Positions 18,404-27,883 of a stretch of 32,000 nt of DNA are shown piece after piece; within the stretch, counting starts at the first letter, position 1, and each line of letters opens with the position of its first letter. This DNA comes from Promethearchaeota archaeon (lineage in GTDB: Archaea; Asgardarchaeota; Odinarchaeia; Odinarchaeales; JBHLKK01). Both the position numbers and the translations under genes were made by a program. The stretch covers positions 1 through 32,000 of the forward strand of contig JBHLPL010000002.1 in NCBI GenBank assembly GCA_048939465.1, in the 5' to 3' direction. The notes under the pieces were generated by a model that ran no database searches, was not told where the DNA came from, and was given only the letters and a program-made list of their open reading frames with translations.

Positions 18404-20208
18404 TTGATAAGACAACCCATTATATCGTTCTTGGGCCACATCGATGTGGGCAAAACAAGTCTCCTAGATAAGATAAGAGGAACAGTAGTTCAGCTTCGAG
18501 AGGCAGGGGGTATAATGTAGTAGCATAGACTACTCCATGCTAGACCCAGCATATCGGAGCTAGCTTCCTGCCCACTTCCGTTATAACAGCCATAGCAAAA
18601 GATCTTCTAAATCAATTCAAGATCAAAGTTACAATACCAGGATTGCTGGTTGTTGATAGCCCTGGGCATGCAGCATTTATGAACTTGAGAAGAAGAGCCG
18701 GGAGCGTCTGTGACATCGCCATTCTTGTGATTGATGTACTGGCAGGCTTTCAGCCTCAAACACACGAGTCCGTCAACATCCTGAAGGAGAGAAATACTCC
18801 GTTCCTGGTGGCGGCAAATAAGATAGATAGGGTTCCCGGATGGAAAGACAAAGAATCAACATCGTTCTTAGAATCTGTAAAGAAACAGGAAGAGTTTGTT
18901 AGGAAGAATCTTGATCAGAAAATATACGAAATCGTTGGGGCCTTTTCAACAATAGGTTTTGAATCTGAAAGATTTGACAGAGTGGGAGATTTTACTAAGA
19001 CCATCGCCATTGTGCCTACAAGTGCAAGAACTGGAGAAGGGATTGCAGAACTCCTGATGGTAATTGCAGGACTTACCCAACAATACATGATGAAACGTTT
19101 GGAGATTTCATCTGAAGGGGGCAGAGGAACAGTTTTGGAGGTCAAGGAGGAACCGGGGCTGGGAATTACCGTTGACACTGTTATCTATGATGGAGTGATC
19201 CACAAGGGAGACACCATCGTGGTAGGGAGCTTGGGTGATCCTATTGTAACTAAGATACGGGCAGTTCTGCTGCCAAAACCCCTTGATGAGATACGCGACC
19301 CCCGCGAACGATTTGATCCTGTAAAGGAAGTTCAAGCAGCTGCAGGTATCAAGATAGCAGCACCTGCTCTTGAAGGGGCTATTGCTGGAGCCCCTTTGAT
19401 TGTCGCGAACACAGAAAAGGAGATTGAAGAAGCAAAGAACGAAATATTGAGTGAGATTGAAAAGATCAGGATATCGACAGACAAAACAGGGATAATACTT
19501 AAGGCAGACACGCTAGGTTCTTTAGAAGCTATTCTAAAATACTTCCAGGATCAAGGGATTGCAGTCAGAATAGCCGACGTTGGGGATATTTCAAAAAGAG
19601 ACATAGTTGAGGCTGAAGTCGTTAAGGAACTTGATCCGCTTTCAGCGATTGTTCTTGGATTTAATGTCAAAGTACTGCCTGATGCCAAAGAGGAATCGGT
19701 TAAACATGAAATTCCGATACTCCAAAACAGGATAATTTACCGATTGTTTGAGGAATATGACAATTGGCTATTTGAGAGGAGGGAAGAGCGAAAGAGAGAA
19801 GCATTGAAGACAGCCGTAAAACCAGGAAAGGTAAAAATCATTCCAGAATATATTTTTCGGCAAAGTAAGCCCGCGATCGTCGGTGTTGATGTTCTTAGCG
19901 GGCAAATAGTCTCTCGGGTCAACTTGATAAAAGAGGATGGGAGCAGAGTAGGAACAATTCTTCAGATACAGGACAAAGGAGAAGTAATTCCTATTGCCAA
20001 GGCGGGACAAGCTGTCGCCATTTCAATCAGGGGAGCCACCGTTGGTCGACAGATAAATGAGAATGACGTTCTATATGTCGATATGCCAGAAAGAGATGTC
20101 AGACTCTTCAAAGAACGTTTCAGAGACGAACTCTCTGTGGGTGAGTTGGAAGCTTTAGATGAATTAATCGAGATAAAGAGGAAATCAGATCCTACATGGG
20201 GTGCATAA
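18404..20208 (+). CDS. infB: Translation initiation factor aIF5B (IF-2), split gene: join(18404..18514,18544..20208), 591 aa after removing a 29-nt insert
   Basis: Exon 1 [37 protein letters not shown] joins in frame to [10 protein letters not shown]...DSPGHAAF...NKID; TTG start after GGAGGATGA. Confidence 0.95.
18515..18543 (+). other. Putative bulge-helix-bulge (BHB) intron in infB, 29 nt, phase 0
   Basis: Exon helix GGG/CCC, central helix GGUA/UGCU, bulges UAA (18513-15) and AGA (18542-44), intron stem UGUAGUAG/CUACUCCA (7 of 8 pairs). Contains in-frame TAG TAG. Confidence 0.88.
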
Positions 20209-20311
20209 TCTCAGTTTCAACAACTTTAAAAAAGAAAAGGTATGTTATTAGAATCACTTGGATGTCTTGTAATGAGGATTGACTAGCGTAACAATGGAGG
20301 TAGGAAATCAG

Positions 20312-20704
20312 ATGTCAGAATTCAGATTAGTAATATCTGACCCAGAAACAGGCAAAGCTATCCAAACCCCCGTGAGAGAAGCCAAAGCCAGGGTGCTCTT
20401 AGGCAAAAAAATGGGGGAGATCGTCCCGGGAGACGCTCTGGGATTACCTGGATATGAACTCAGAATAACGGGAGGAAGTGACAAAGACGGTTTTCCCATG
20501 AGACGAGGAGTGCATGGCACTGTTCGTAAGAGAATTCTTCTAAGTAGACCACCTGCCTTTAAACCCGGTAGATCTGGCGAAAGGAGAAGGAAGACTGTTC
20601 GTGGAGACACTATTACAGACGAGACTACTCAGATAAACTTCAAGATAGTCAAAAAAGGAGCAAAGCCTGTTGAAGAGTTAATTGGGATAAAACCCGAAAC
20701 TTGA
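20312..20704 (+). CDS. rps6e: 30S ribosomal protein S6e
   Basis: ITGGSDKDGFPMR, RRRKTVRG; ATG at 20312 after GGAGGT. Confidence 0.96.
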   Translation: MSEFRLVISDPETGKAIQTPVREAKARVLLGKKMGEIVPGDALGLPGYELRITGGSDKDGFPMRRGVHGTVRKRILLSRPPAFKPGRSGERRRKTVRGDTITDETTQINFKIVKKGAKPVEELIGIKPET

Positions 20705-20738
20705 TTCAGATATAATTGATGTCAAAAGGAGACAATAA

Positions 20739-22019
20739 ATGCCTAAGGCGAAAAAAATATCTGTGCCAGAAGCTGAAAAAAAGCAGTGTGAGGTAAATGT
20801 AGGGGTTGTTGGTCACGTTGATCATGGAAAAACAACGCTAGTTCAATCGATAAGCGGGGAGTGGACAGATCGTTACAGCGAGGAAATAAAGCGAGGCATA
20901 TCCATAAAGCTGGGTTATGCCACCGCAGTTGTAGTTAAGTGTCCTAAATGCCCCCCGCCTCAATGTTATATGACCACTACCATGTCTGGTGGCACAACAT
21001 GTCCTCACTGCGGATCCGAGGTTGAGTTTCTTCGAAAGATTTCCTTTGTCGATGCCCCAGGACATGAAATACTTATGGCTACAGTAATTTCAGGCGCCTC
21101 ATTAATGGATGGGGCGATGCTTGTTATTGCCGCTAATGAAGAGTGTCCGCAGCCTCAAACACGAGAGCACCTGGCTGCTCTGCAAATCACTGGTGTGGAA
21201 AGAATTATAATAGTTCAGAATAAGATCGAGCTGATCTCAGAAAAAGAAGGAATCAATCATCACAAGCAGATAAAGGATTTTGTTAAGGGAACCATCGCAG
21301 AGAAAGCTCCAATAATCCCCACATCTGCGATATTTAAATCAAATATTGATTTGGTAGTTCAGGCTATTGAAGAATTTGTGCCAACACCGAAAAGACACGT
21401 AACCAAACCACTGCAGATGTTTACGGCACGTTCATTCGATGTAAATAAACCTGGAACTACTCCAAGAAAGCTTGTTGGGGGAGTAATTGGAGGGGCGATA
21501 GTCCAAGGAAGAGTCGAGATAGGAGAGAAAATAGAAATCAAGCCAGGAATAAGGGTCGAAAAAGAGGGGGAAACAAACTACCAACCACTTGTTACAAAGG
21601 TCGTGAGTCTCAAGGCAGGAAACGCTTCCCTGAAGGAAGCTTATCCTGGTGGACTGATTGGCATAGGCACGAAAATCGATCCATCTGTTACCAAGGCAGA
21701 CGGACTGGTTGGCAATGTAGCGGGAGCAAAAGGAACACTGCCTCCAGTACTTGACAAACTGACGTTCAAAGCACATTTAATGGAACGAGTCGTGGGATCG
21801 AAGGATCTTCTGAAAGTAAAAGACATAAAAGCAAAAGAGAGTCTGATGATTAATGTGGGAGCGGCAGCTACACGTGGGCACGTAATCAGTGTAAAGGGAG
21901 ACAGTATTGATGTGGAATTACGGAGACCGGTATGTGCAGATTCAGGGCAAAGAATGGCTGTGAGCAGACTTGTCAAAGGTAGATGGAGACTCATAGGCTG
22001 GGGGGAACTGACAGCTTAG
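20739..22019 (+). CDS. eif2g: Translation initiation factor aIF2 gamma subunit
   Basis: GHVDHGKTT, RGISIKLGYA, Zn knuckle, DAPGHE, QNKIE, RSFDVNKPG, WRLIGWG. Confidence 0.97.
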   Translation: MPKAKKISVPEAEKKQCEVNVGVVGHVDHGKTTLVQSISGEWTDRYSEEIKRGISIKLGYATAVVVKCPKCPPPQCYMTTTMSGGTTCPHCGSEVEFLRKISFVDAPGHEILMATVISGASLMDGAMLVIAANEECPQPQTREHLAALQITGVERIIIVQNKIELISEKEGINHHKQIKDFVKGTIAEKAPIIPTSAIFKSNIDLVVQAIEEFVPTPKRHVTKPLQMFTARSFDVNKPGTTPRKLVGGVIGGAIVQGRVEIGEKIEIKPGIRVEKEGETNYQPLVTKVVSLKAGNASLKEAYPGGLIGIGTKIDPSVTKADGLVGNVAGAKGTLPPVLDKLTFKAHLMERVVGSKDLLKVKDIKAKESLMINVGAAATRGHVISVKGDSIDVELRRPVCADSGQRMAVSRLVKGRWRLIGWGELTA

Positions 22020-22086
22020 AGCCTGCAGATATTTCCACGAAGAACGTTAGTCTTCGGGATCTATAAAAGACTGGAGGCGAGCAACT

Positions 22087-22512
22087 ATACTTTGTGTCTT
22101 GCTTGATACTAACTTCCTTATGATGTCAGGCCAATTTAAAATTAACATTTTTTCAGAGCTTGACCGCATTATACAAAGGAAATACGTCCCTGTGATTCTA
22201 TCCGCTACCGTCGAAGAGTTGTGGAAGCTTTTGGAAAATGAAAAACCTAAGATTCAGCAGCAAGCATCATTAGCCTTAAAAATGGTAGAGGGGTGCGAGG
22301 TGAGAAAGGCAGACCGTTTGCCTAATGAGAATGTAGATGATTTAATTGTGCGGTACGCTAAGGAAAGCAAATGCATAGTTTCCACAAACGACAGAGAACT
22401 CAGGAAAAAGCTACGGAGAAATCACATAGCGGTAATATATCTAAGGCAAAAGGCGTTTCTGGCTTTGGATGGGGATATTCCACAAAGCTTTAGAAGAGAG
22501 ACACGTTTATAA
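22087..22512 (+). CDS. PIN-domain (Fcf1/Utp24-like) ribonuclease; probable ATA start
   Basis: LDTNFL, DD, STNDRELR motifs; conserved position after eif2g. Confidence 0.88.
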   Translation: MLCVLLDTNFLMMSGQFKINIFSELDRIIQRKYVPVILSATVEELWKLLENEKPKIQQQASLALKMVEGCEVRKADRLPNENVDDLIVRYAKESKCIVSTNDRELRKKLRRNHIAVIYLRQKAFLALDGDIPQSFRRETRL

Positions 22513-22613
22513 ATAAAAACCCCAAAAATGGCTCATTTAAATCTTGATAACTCATAAAGAACTGAAATCCCCCTAATTAGCTCAATTAGATTCTTGTGAG
22601 AGTGCGTCAACGC

Positions 22614-23216
22614 ATGTATAAGTTGATGGTTGTTAGAGACACTGTTCGTATACCTCCAAGGAGATTTAGCGAACCCATAGAGGAAGTGGCGTTAGAGATA
22701 TTGCGAGAGGAGCACGAAGGAATGATGAACCCCGAATTAGGGTTCATAATAGCAGTAATTGAAGTAAAAAATACGGATGTTGGGAAGTTGGTGCCAGGAG
22801 ACGGCGCTGCATTTCACGATGTAGAATTCTCAGTCTTAGTCTTCAAACCAGACTTGCACGAAGTAATTGAAGGAGAAGTAGTAGAAGTCGTTGACTTTGG
22901 CGCCTTCGTTCGCCTTGGTCCCATAGATGGGTTATGCCACGTCAGTCAAATCACTGATGATTACATAAACTATGATTCAAAAAGGTCAGCTCTCTTGGGA
23001 AAAGAAACAGGAAGAATATTAACAATAGGCGATCGGGTTCGTGCACGAATAATTGCAATGAGTATTCGAGGAGGCGCGAGAAGCGGAAAATTAGGTCTAA
23101 CAATGCGACAGCCTTTCCTAGGAAAGTTGGAATGGATAGAGGACGATAGCAAGAAAGCAGCTGAAAAGAAGAAGGAAAAGAAGAAAGAGAAGAAAAAGGG
23201 AACCGAAAAGGCATAG
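22614..23216 (+). CDS. rpoE1: RNA polymerase subunit Rpo7 (E')
   Basis: DTVRIPP, PGDGA, GAFVRLGPIDGLCHVSQ, GLTMRQPFLGK. Confidence 0.96.
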   Translation: MYKLMVVRDTVRIPPRRFSEPIEEVALEILREEHEGMMNPELGFIIAVIEVKNTDVGKLVPGDGAAFHDVEFSVLVFKPDLHEVIEGEVVEVVDFGAFVRLGPIDGLCHVSQITDDYINYDSKRSALLGKETGRILTIGDRVRARIIAMSIRGGARSGKLGLTMRQPFLGKLEWIEDDSKKAAEKKKEKKKEKKKGTEKA

Positions 23217-23229
23217 GAAGGATGTATGG

Positions 23230-23418
23230 TTGGTTAAAGAGCGTGCATGCAGAACATGCAGGAAGATAGTATCCGGACAGCTATGTCCTCGTTGCAAGAC
23301 CTATACACTGTCTCAAGATTTTGCTGGATTAGTCATTATTCTGGATGCTGAAGGTTCACAGATTGCAGAGAAACTTAACATAATGGAGAGGGGAAAGTAC
23401 GCCTTGAAGGTTCGCTAA
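23230..23418 (+). CDS. spt4: Transcription elongation factor Spt4 (RpoE'')
   Basis: ACRTC...CPRC, GLVIILD..S.IA, GKYALKVR. Confidence 0.95.
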   Translation: MVKERACRTCRKIVSGQLCPRCKTYTLSQDFAGLVIILDAEGSQIAEKLNIMERGKYALKVR

Positions 23419-23419
23419 A

Positions 23420-23935
23420 TTGAAAGATCTGAGAATAACTCCTAAACTCCGTCGAGAATTGAAAAAGCCGCAAGGTATCTTACTAAAAGGATCTGCAGAC
23501 ACAAACATACGGATAATTGAAGAACTAGTAAAATCTTCAAAACCTCCTAAACTGGTAACGGTTGGGGATGTGGTTACAAGCAATCTTACGGACGCAAACA
23601 TATTGCCCGATCTATGCATCATAGATGGTAAGACCCTACGAGGCGGGTACAAGATCAAGCTTAAGACAAAGAAGAACATAAGATTGAAAAATCCCAAAGG
23701 AACTGTAAGCTCAGAGGCTTGGGAAGCAATTAGGAAGGCCATTTCCTCAGAAGTCAAGGTTGGGATAATAGTAGAGGGAGAAGAAGATCTGCTAACCATT
23801 CCAGCAGTCCTCTTGGCCCCGAATCGTGCTATTGTGATATATGGTCAGCCAGACATTGGAGTGGTGATCGTAAAGGTCGACGAGGAAAGCAAGAAACATT
23901 ATCGAGAGTTAGCAGAGCAAATGGAGGAAATTTAA
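23420..23935 (+). CDS. GTP-dependent dephospho-CoA kinase (DUF359)
   Basis: LKKPQG, VGDVVT, IIDGKT.R, VEGEEDLL, YGQP. Confidence 0.9.
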   Translation: MKDLRITPKLRRELKKPQGILLKGSADTNIRIIEELVKSSKPPKLVTVGDVVTSNLTDANILPDLCIIDGKTLRGGYKIKLKTKKNIRLKNPKGTVSSEAWEAIRKAISSEVKVGIIVEGEEDLLTIPAVLLAPNRAIVIYGQPDIGVVIVKVDEESKKHYRELAEQMEEI

Positions 23936-24319
23936 TTGTCCATGAAAATTGACGTTATTTCGGAGAAGAAAAATCCCTTGCTAGGAAGAAACGAGATATA
24001 TTTCGAAATCTCTCATCCGAATAAAGGAAGTCCAATGAGGAAAAACATAAGGGAAAATTTGGCCTCGAGATACAAGGTGGATCTAGATTTGGTCTTCATA
24101 CGTAGACTTATGCCGGTTGCGGGAAAGCAGAAAATTAAGGGAACTGCAAGAATCTACGAAGATAAGGATCGAGCCGGACTTGTTGAAGCTAAGCACATAG
24201 TAAGCAGAAATCAGACAGAAGTAGAAGAAAAAGAGGAAGTAGAGAAGGAGAAGCCGAAGGAGAAGCCGAAGGAGAAGCCGAAGGAGAAGCCGAAGGAGAA
24301 GCCGAAGGAGAAGGGTTAG
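23936..24319 (+). CDS. rps24e: 30S ribosomal protein S24e with repetitive charged tail
   Basis: NPLLGRNEI, G.ARIY; C-terminal (KPKE)x5. Confidence 0.93.
   Translation: MSMKIDVISEKKNPLLGRNEIYFEISHPNKGSPMRKNIRENLASRYKVDLDLVFIRRLMPVAGKQKIKGTARIYEDKDRAGLVEAKHIVSRNQTEVEEKEEVEKEKPKEKPKEKPKEKPKEKPKEKG
24251..24310 (+). repeat. Perfect 12-bp tandem repeat AAGCCGAAGGAG x5 in the rps24e 3' end
   Basis: Read directly from the sequence. Confidence 0.97.
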
Positions 24320-24352
24320 AAGAAACTTGGGGAGTAATAGGTGGTAGTTTCT

Positions 24353-24643
24353 GTAAACTACTCCTCCCTCGCAGAAGGGGCTCATGACTGTGCTTGACCG
24401 CAATTCCCTCCCGAGCTCCGGTTTCATCACAAGTCAAATCAAGGGGCGATTTGCAGCGCCCCAGCCCGGTGATCCGTGCATAGCGCCGAGCTTAAGAGTT
24501 TTCCTCGCCTATCCTCGCACGGGTCATTGACCGTTTCCGCCTCCAAGAGAGGTGTCCCTTCAGACCTATTAGTATATATAGCACAAACTCAGTTAAAGAT
24601 CCCTCAATTCCTCTCCGCCCTTTCGGACGGAGTCCCCCAGAGG
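24353..24643. mobile_element. Non-autonomous IS200/IS605-like mini-element E4 (~290 bp)
   Basis: Starts GTAAACTACTCCTCCCTCGCAGAAGGGGCT; ends AATTCCTCTCCGCCCTTTCGGACGGAGTCCCCCAGAGG (terminal hairpin). Homologous to 28455-28752. Confidence 0.7.
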
Positions 24644-24651
24644 TGGTTCCT

Positions 24652-24849
24652 ACGAGCGTCAAAGAATATTATACGGTATCAAAGGACGGAAAAATTGCTA
24701 GATTGAAGAAGAATTGTCCCAGATGCGGACTTGGCACATTCATGGCAGAGCATTCTGATCGATGGAGTTGCGGCAAGTGTGGTTGGACTGAATTCAAGAA
24801 AGGGGAGATTGAAGACCACGAAAAAGAGGAAAAACTAAATCAGTCTTAA
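24652..24849 (+). CDS. rps27ae: 30S ribosomal protein S27ae (eS31); start ACG 24652 or GTG 24643
   Basis: [22 protein letters not shown]. Confidence 0.95.
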   Translation, partial: TSVKEYYTVSKDGKIARLKKNCPRCGLGTFMAEHSDRWSCGKCGWTEFKKGEIEDHEKEEKLNQS

Positions 24850-24943
24850 TCCATAATAGATAGGATAGAATACATAATAGATAAGACGGATAGGGTATAT
24901 TTCTTTGAAAGGCTCTGACTTCTTCCGGCACAATTCTCGGGCG

Positions 24944-25543
24944 TCAAGCAGCAGCTTTGGTTACCGGCTCGGAAACTAATTTACTCTTACGCACTTCGCA
25001 TTTCCTTAACGGCATAATCTTTTTGCTTTCATTATAGATTTCAGATCCAATCTTTCCGAGCACACATTCATGTACAAATTGCTGGAAAGTCAGTTCCTTT
25101 GCCTTTCTATAAACAGTTTCTTTCATTATTTTGCGGATTCTACGCTCTTGACTGGTCTTGGCTCTATTATGCGTAAATGCTATTGTAGAGATAATTAAGC
25201 GATACCTGTCTTTGGTCATAATACTGAATCGACCGTCAATCCTGGTACTTCCTCGGCGAACTAAACTCCTGAGGTAATCCCGGGCAAAATTGTGACCTTT
25301 GAATATGGTATAAGCTGATTTATCTTTTACTTCTTTAATCTGGAAGAGAAGTTGTATGTGTCCAAGAGTCATATCGCCTGTAATATCATACAGCGTAGCC
25401 TCTACAACTCTACCTATCAGCCTGTCAGGATCGTTTGTGACGGTTTCACCTATTTCGATGTCTCCGAGATATTTAGGCGAGTATATAGTGAACCAAGATT
25501 TAGTTCTCCATGTATCCTTGACTTTGCTTCGAGACATGGTCAT
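24944..25543 (-). CDS. rps3ae: 30S ribosomal protein S3Ae (eS1)
   Basis: KDTW..K.WF, GRVVEATLYDITGD, DYLRSLVRRG, PLRKCEVRKSK. Confidence 0.96.
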   Translation of the reverse strand: MTMSRSKVKDTWRTKSWFTIYSPKYLGDIEIGETVTNDPDRLIGRVVEATLYDITGDMTLGHIQLLFQIKEVKDKSAYTIFKGHNFARDYLRSLVRRGSTRIDGRFSIMTKDRYRLIISTIAFTHNRAKTSQERRIRKIMKETVYRKAKELTFQQFVHECVLGKIGSEIYNESKKIMPLRKCEVRKSKLVSEPVTKAAA

Positions 25544-25609
25544 TCATCTCCTTAGGAATCATGGTAGACGAAAAATCAAATAAAAACCTTTCTTAAAAGT
25601 TGACTGCTT

Positions 25610-25837
25610 TTACTTAATATCTTCCACCGATTTGATGGTGGCCAATAGACTGTCAAGTGAAGTCATGACCTTATCGATGTTTTCTTCATAATGGGCGGAT
25701 ATCTCAAGTTTTCTTCCAACGCACACAACTTCTACCCTGCGATCGTTTCGATAATGATGTTGCAGGCTTTTTGTGACAGCTCTAGTCCTTTTTTCGGTTG
25801 CGCAGTCCAGCGTTAGCTTTATTTTGATTCCTTGCGT
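25610..25837 (-). CDS. pcc1: KEOPS complex subunit Pcc1 (not in ORF track; no ATG/GTG/TTG start)
   Basis: Manual translation: (T)QGIKIKLTLDCATEKRTRAVTKSLQ...RVEVVCVGRKLEISA...IDKVMTSLDSLLATIKSVEDIK*. Size, residue pattern and position between DHH and rps3ae match Pcc1. Confidence 0.7.
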   Translation of the reverse strand, partial: TQGIKIKLTLDCATEKRTRAVTKSLQHHYRNDRRVEVVCVGRKLEISAHYEENIDKVMTSLDSLLATIKSVEDIK

Positions 25838-27291
25838 TTTTCGTCCCCCATTTGCTCCCTAATAATCTTTTCCAGATGAAAAACTAATTTCTCTTCACTT
25901 CCTGCGGGGATTAAAGCACCCGCAGCAGCATCGTGTCCTCCTGCTGTGGCTTCTTTTAGTTTAATCTCCTCTATAACTTGGCTTAGAGCCAATCCAAGAT
26001 TAACACCGCTCTCAACTAGCTCTTCCCCTGCACGCAACGATACTTTTACACCTTCCGGGTCTGAATAGGCGAAGGAAACAATGACTTTGTCAGACTTCAA
26101 TATTCGTGCGTGCAAGGCAACAGATGCAACAGTGCCAATTATTCGTTCATCAACAACATTTTCGCCATGAAAGACCTGAAGAAACTCAGTTTCCTTAACG
26201 CGACCTGGCTGTGTAAGCCATTCGATATATTTTGATATTTTCTGGCGATACTCTACAAGTAATTGCTGTGCTTCCATCAGGGCATTTACTCTGTCGCCAA
26301 GACATATTGCCACACCCACCCCAGGATGTCTGATTCTACCACAGGCGTTCAGAAGAGAGGCAAATTCTCTGGCATCCCTCAAAGGCGTTCCTTTTTCCTC
26401 TCTGAGTAGAGTGTACACATTCCCAACAATACTCTCAGCCTTATCAGAATCTATACCTTGTTGCAACATGTACTGAATAAGGGCGCTATTCAGTTGGATT
26501 TTCTCATCTTGTGAGAGATCAGAGAGAGTTCTCCAATGATCGTCTTCTTTCAGTTTTATTCCAGCCTTGGACAAGAACATGAAGCATCTTTCCCCGCTAC
26601 CTGTCAAACCGGGTATGAATGGATCTGTCGTGTATTGCAGTGCAACGTGAATTGGCCTGGTTTCACGTCCAAAGATGGATAAATCCTTCTCTACTCTAAG
26701 AACCCCCGATTCCACACCATCCTTGACGATGATGTCCCCATTTATGCCAAAAAAATCTCGGTGTTCTGCTTTATCCTGTATATCACCTACAGCTCCGACG
26801 ACAGCGAGATGAGCAAGATCCCTATTCTCCTTGTTAATGCTTCTGGCCACGAGGTAGGAAACCCCAGCCCCGCTTACTTCCTGACCTCCGTTTATCCCGT
26901 ATAAATGGGGGTTTACATGAACCAATCCCGGAAAATCACCTGCGTTCCCCATCTCATGATGATCTAGTATTATTACTGAACTTTCAGAAAGATAGTCTTT
27001 AATAGAATTTAGCTGAGCAGAACCAAGATCGGAAAAAACATAGAAGGATCGGTTTTCGTCTGCTAGTTCCTTGATGATTTGTGGATTGATTTGCTTCACC
27101 ACTCGAATGTGAAAGGCCATACCAAGCCGTAATAATGTCAATCCAATTACTCCTGCCGCTGCTATTCCGTCTGCGTCATAGTGGGAAGTGATCCGAACTA
27201 TCCCTTTTTCATCCGCCCATTCTTGGAGCTTCTCCCCAGCTCTCTTGGCAAGTTTTAGAAAGCTATCAAGATCTCTACTCACCAATCTCAA
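25819..27291 (-). CDS. RecJ-like DHH phosphoesterase
   Basis: SHYDADG, SDLGS, LDHH, GAVGDIQD, LLNACGR, AGGHDAAAGA; in the rps15-DHH-pcc1-rps3ae operon. Confidence 0.92.
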   Translation of the reverse strand: MRLVSRDLDSFLKLAKRAGEKLQEWADEKGIVRITSHYDADGIAAAGVIGLTLLRLGMAFHIRVVKQINPQIIKELADENRSFYVFSDLGSAQLNSIKDYLSESSVIILDHHEMGNAGDFPGLVHVNPHLYGINGGQEVSGAGVSYLVARSINKENRDLAHLAVVGAVGDIQDKAEHRDFFGINGDIIVKDGVESGVLRVEKDLSIFGRETRPIHVALQYTTDPFIPGLTGSGERCFMFLSKAGIKLKEDDHWRTLSDLSQDEKIQLNSALIQYMLQQGIDSDKAESIVGNVYTLLREEKGTPLRDAREFASLLNACGRIRHPGVGVAICLGDRVNALMEAQQLLVEYRQKISKYIEWLTQPGRVKETEFLQVFHGENVVDERIIGTVASVALHARILKSDKVIVSFAYSDPEGVKVSLRAGEELVESGVNLGLALSQVIEEIKLKEATAGGHDAAAGALIPAGSEEKLVFHLEKIIREQMGDEKRKESK

Positions 27292-27324
27292 TCATCCGAA
27301 AATTCCTTTAAGATTCCTTAGAGC

Positions 27325-27780
27325 CTATCGTACCATCAGTACAGCCTTATCACGACTATATTTCCAATCAGAAGGAAGGATGCCCTTTTTCTTATAATAC
27401 TTGGAGAGACGATGGATCTTGCTCTCTATTAGTTGTAGCCCCCGCTTTGAGTGAAGATCTTTCGGATGTTCCTCCAGATGCCTTCTCAAGTTCACAGAAC
27501 TCTGCAACAAGTCAATAAGATCTTCAGGTAATGAAGGAAGTAATTCACGTTCTTTTAGAATCTGAGTCACTGACTTACCAGCAGCCAACTTAACTAAGGG
27601 AACCCCGTATTGATCCCTCATAATATTACCTATCATTGAGGGGGGCTCCCCCGCTTTGGCCAATTTGACTACCAGAGCCTCTACTTCATCAGCGTTTCTC
27701 ATAAACCATTCAGGAGACTTTGTTCGAGGAGGTCTGGTGGATTTTGATTTCCCTTTCCTACGGGTGTGCATCCTTGCCAT
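27325..27780 (-). CDS. rps15: 30S ribosomal protein S15 (uS15)
   Basis: [18 protein letters not shown]-like [21 protein letters not shown]. Confidence 0.97.
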   Translation of the reverse strand: MARMHTRRKGKSKSTRPPRTKSPEWFMRNADEVEALVVKLAKAGEPPSMIGNIMRDQYGVPLVKLAAGKSVTQILKERELLPSLPEDLIDLLQSSVNLRRHLEEHPKDLHSKRGLQLIESKIHRLSKYYKKKGILPSDWKYSRDKAVLMVR

Positions 27781-27883
27781 ATTACTCCACCGCCAAAATC
27801 AAGATACTTGAGGGCTTTTAAATTTTCTGATTTATGATCTACAGCCAGTTCAGTATGTTAAAACCATTAAGAAGGCTTAAACC

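Noticed and set aside
18643-20208. 521-aa 'infB' and 248/96-aa 'kae1' fragments read as pseudogenes or sequencing frameshifts
   Set aside because: The defects are discrete 29- and 25-nt inserts with exact BHB geometry, not 1-nt indels, and the flanking codons are intact.
20965-21000. Hairpin in the aIF2gamma zinc-knuckle region (ACCACTACCATGTCTGGTGGC) as a possible in-frame intron
   Set aside because: The central and exon helices do not pair properly, the implied 17-nt excision would break the frame, and the ORF is intact.
24251-24310. Repeats as a CRISPR array
   Set aside because: Direct 12-bp tandem units with no spacers, inside a CDS. No CRISPR array or cas gene was seen in the window.
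24342-24362. GTAGTTT-CTGT-AAACTAC hairpin spanning the E4 junction
   Set aside because: Not present at the E5 junction, so not a family feature; could be chance or a terminator-like hairpin.
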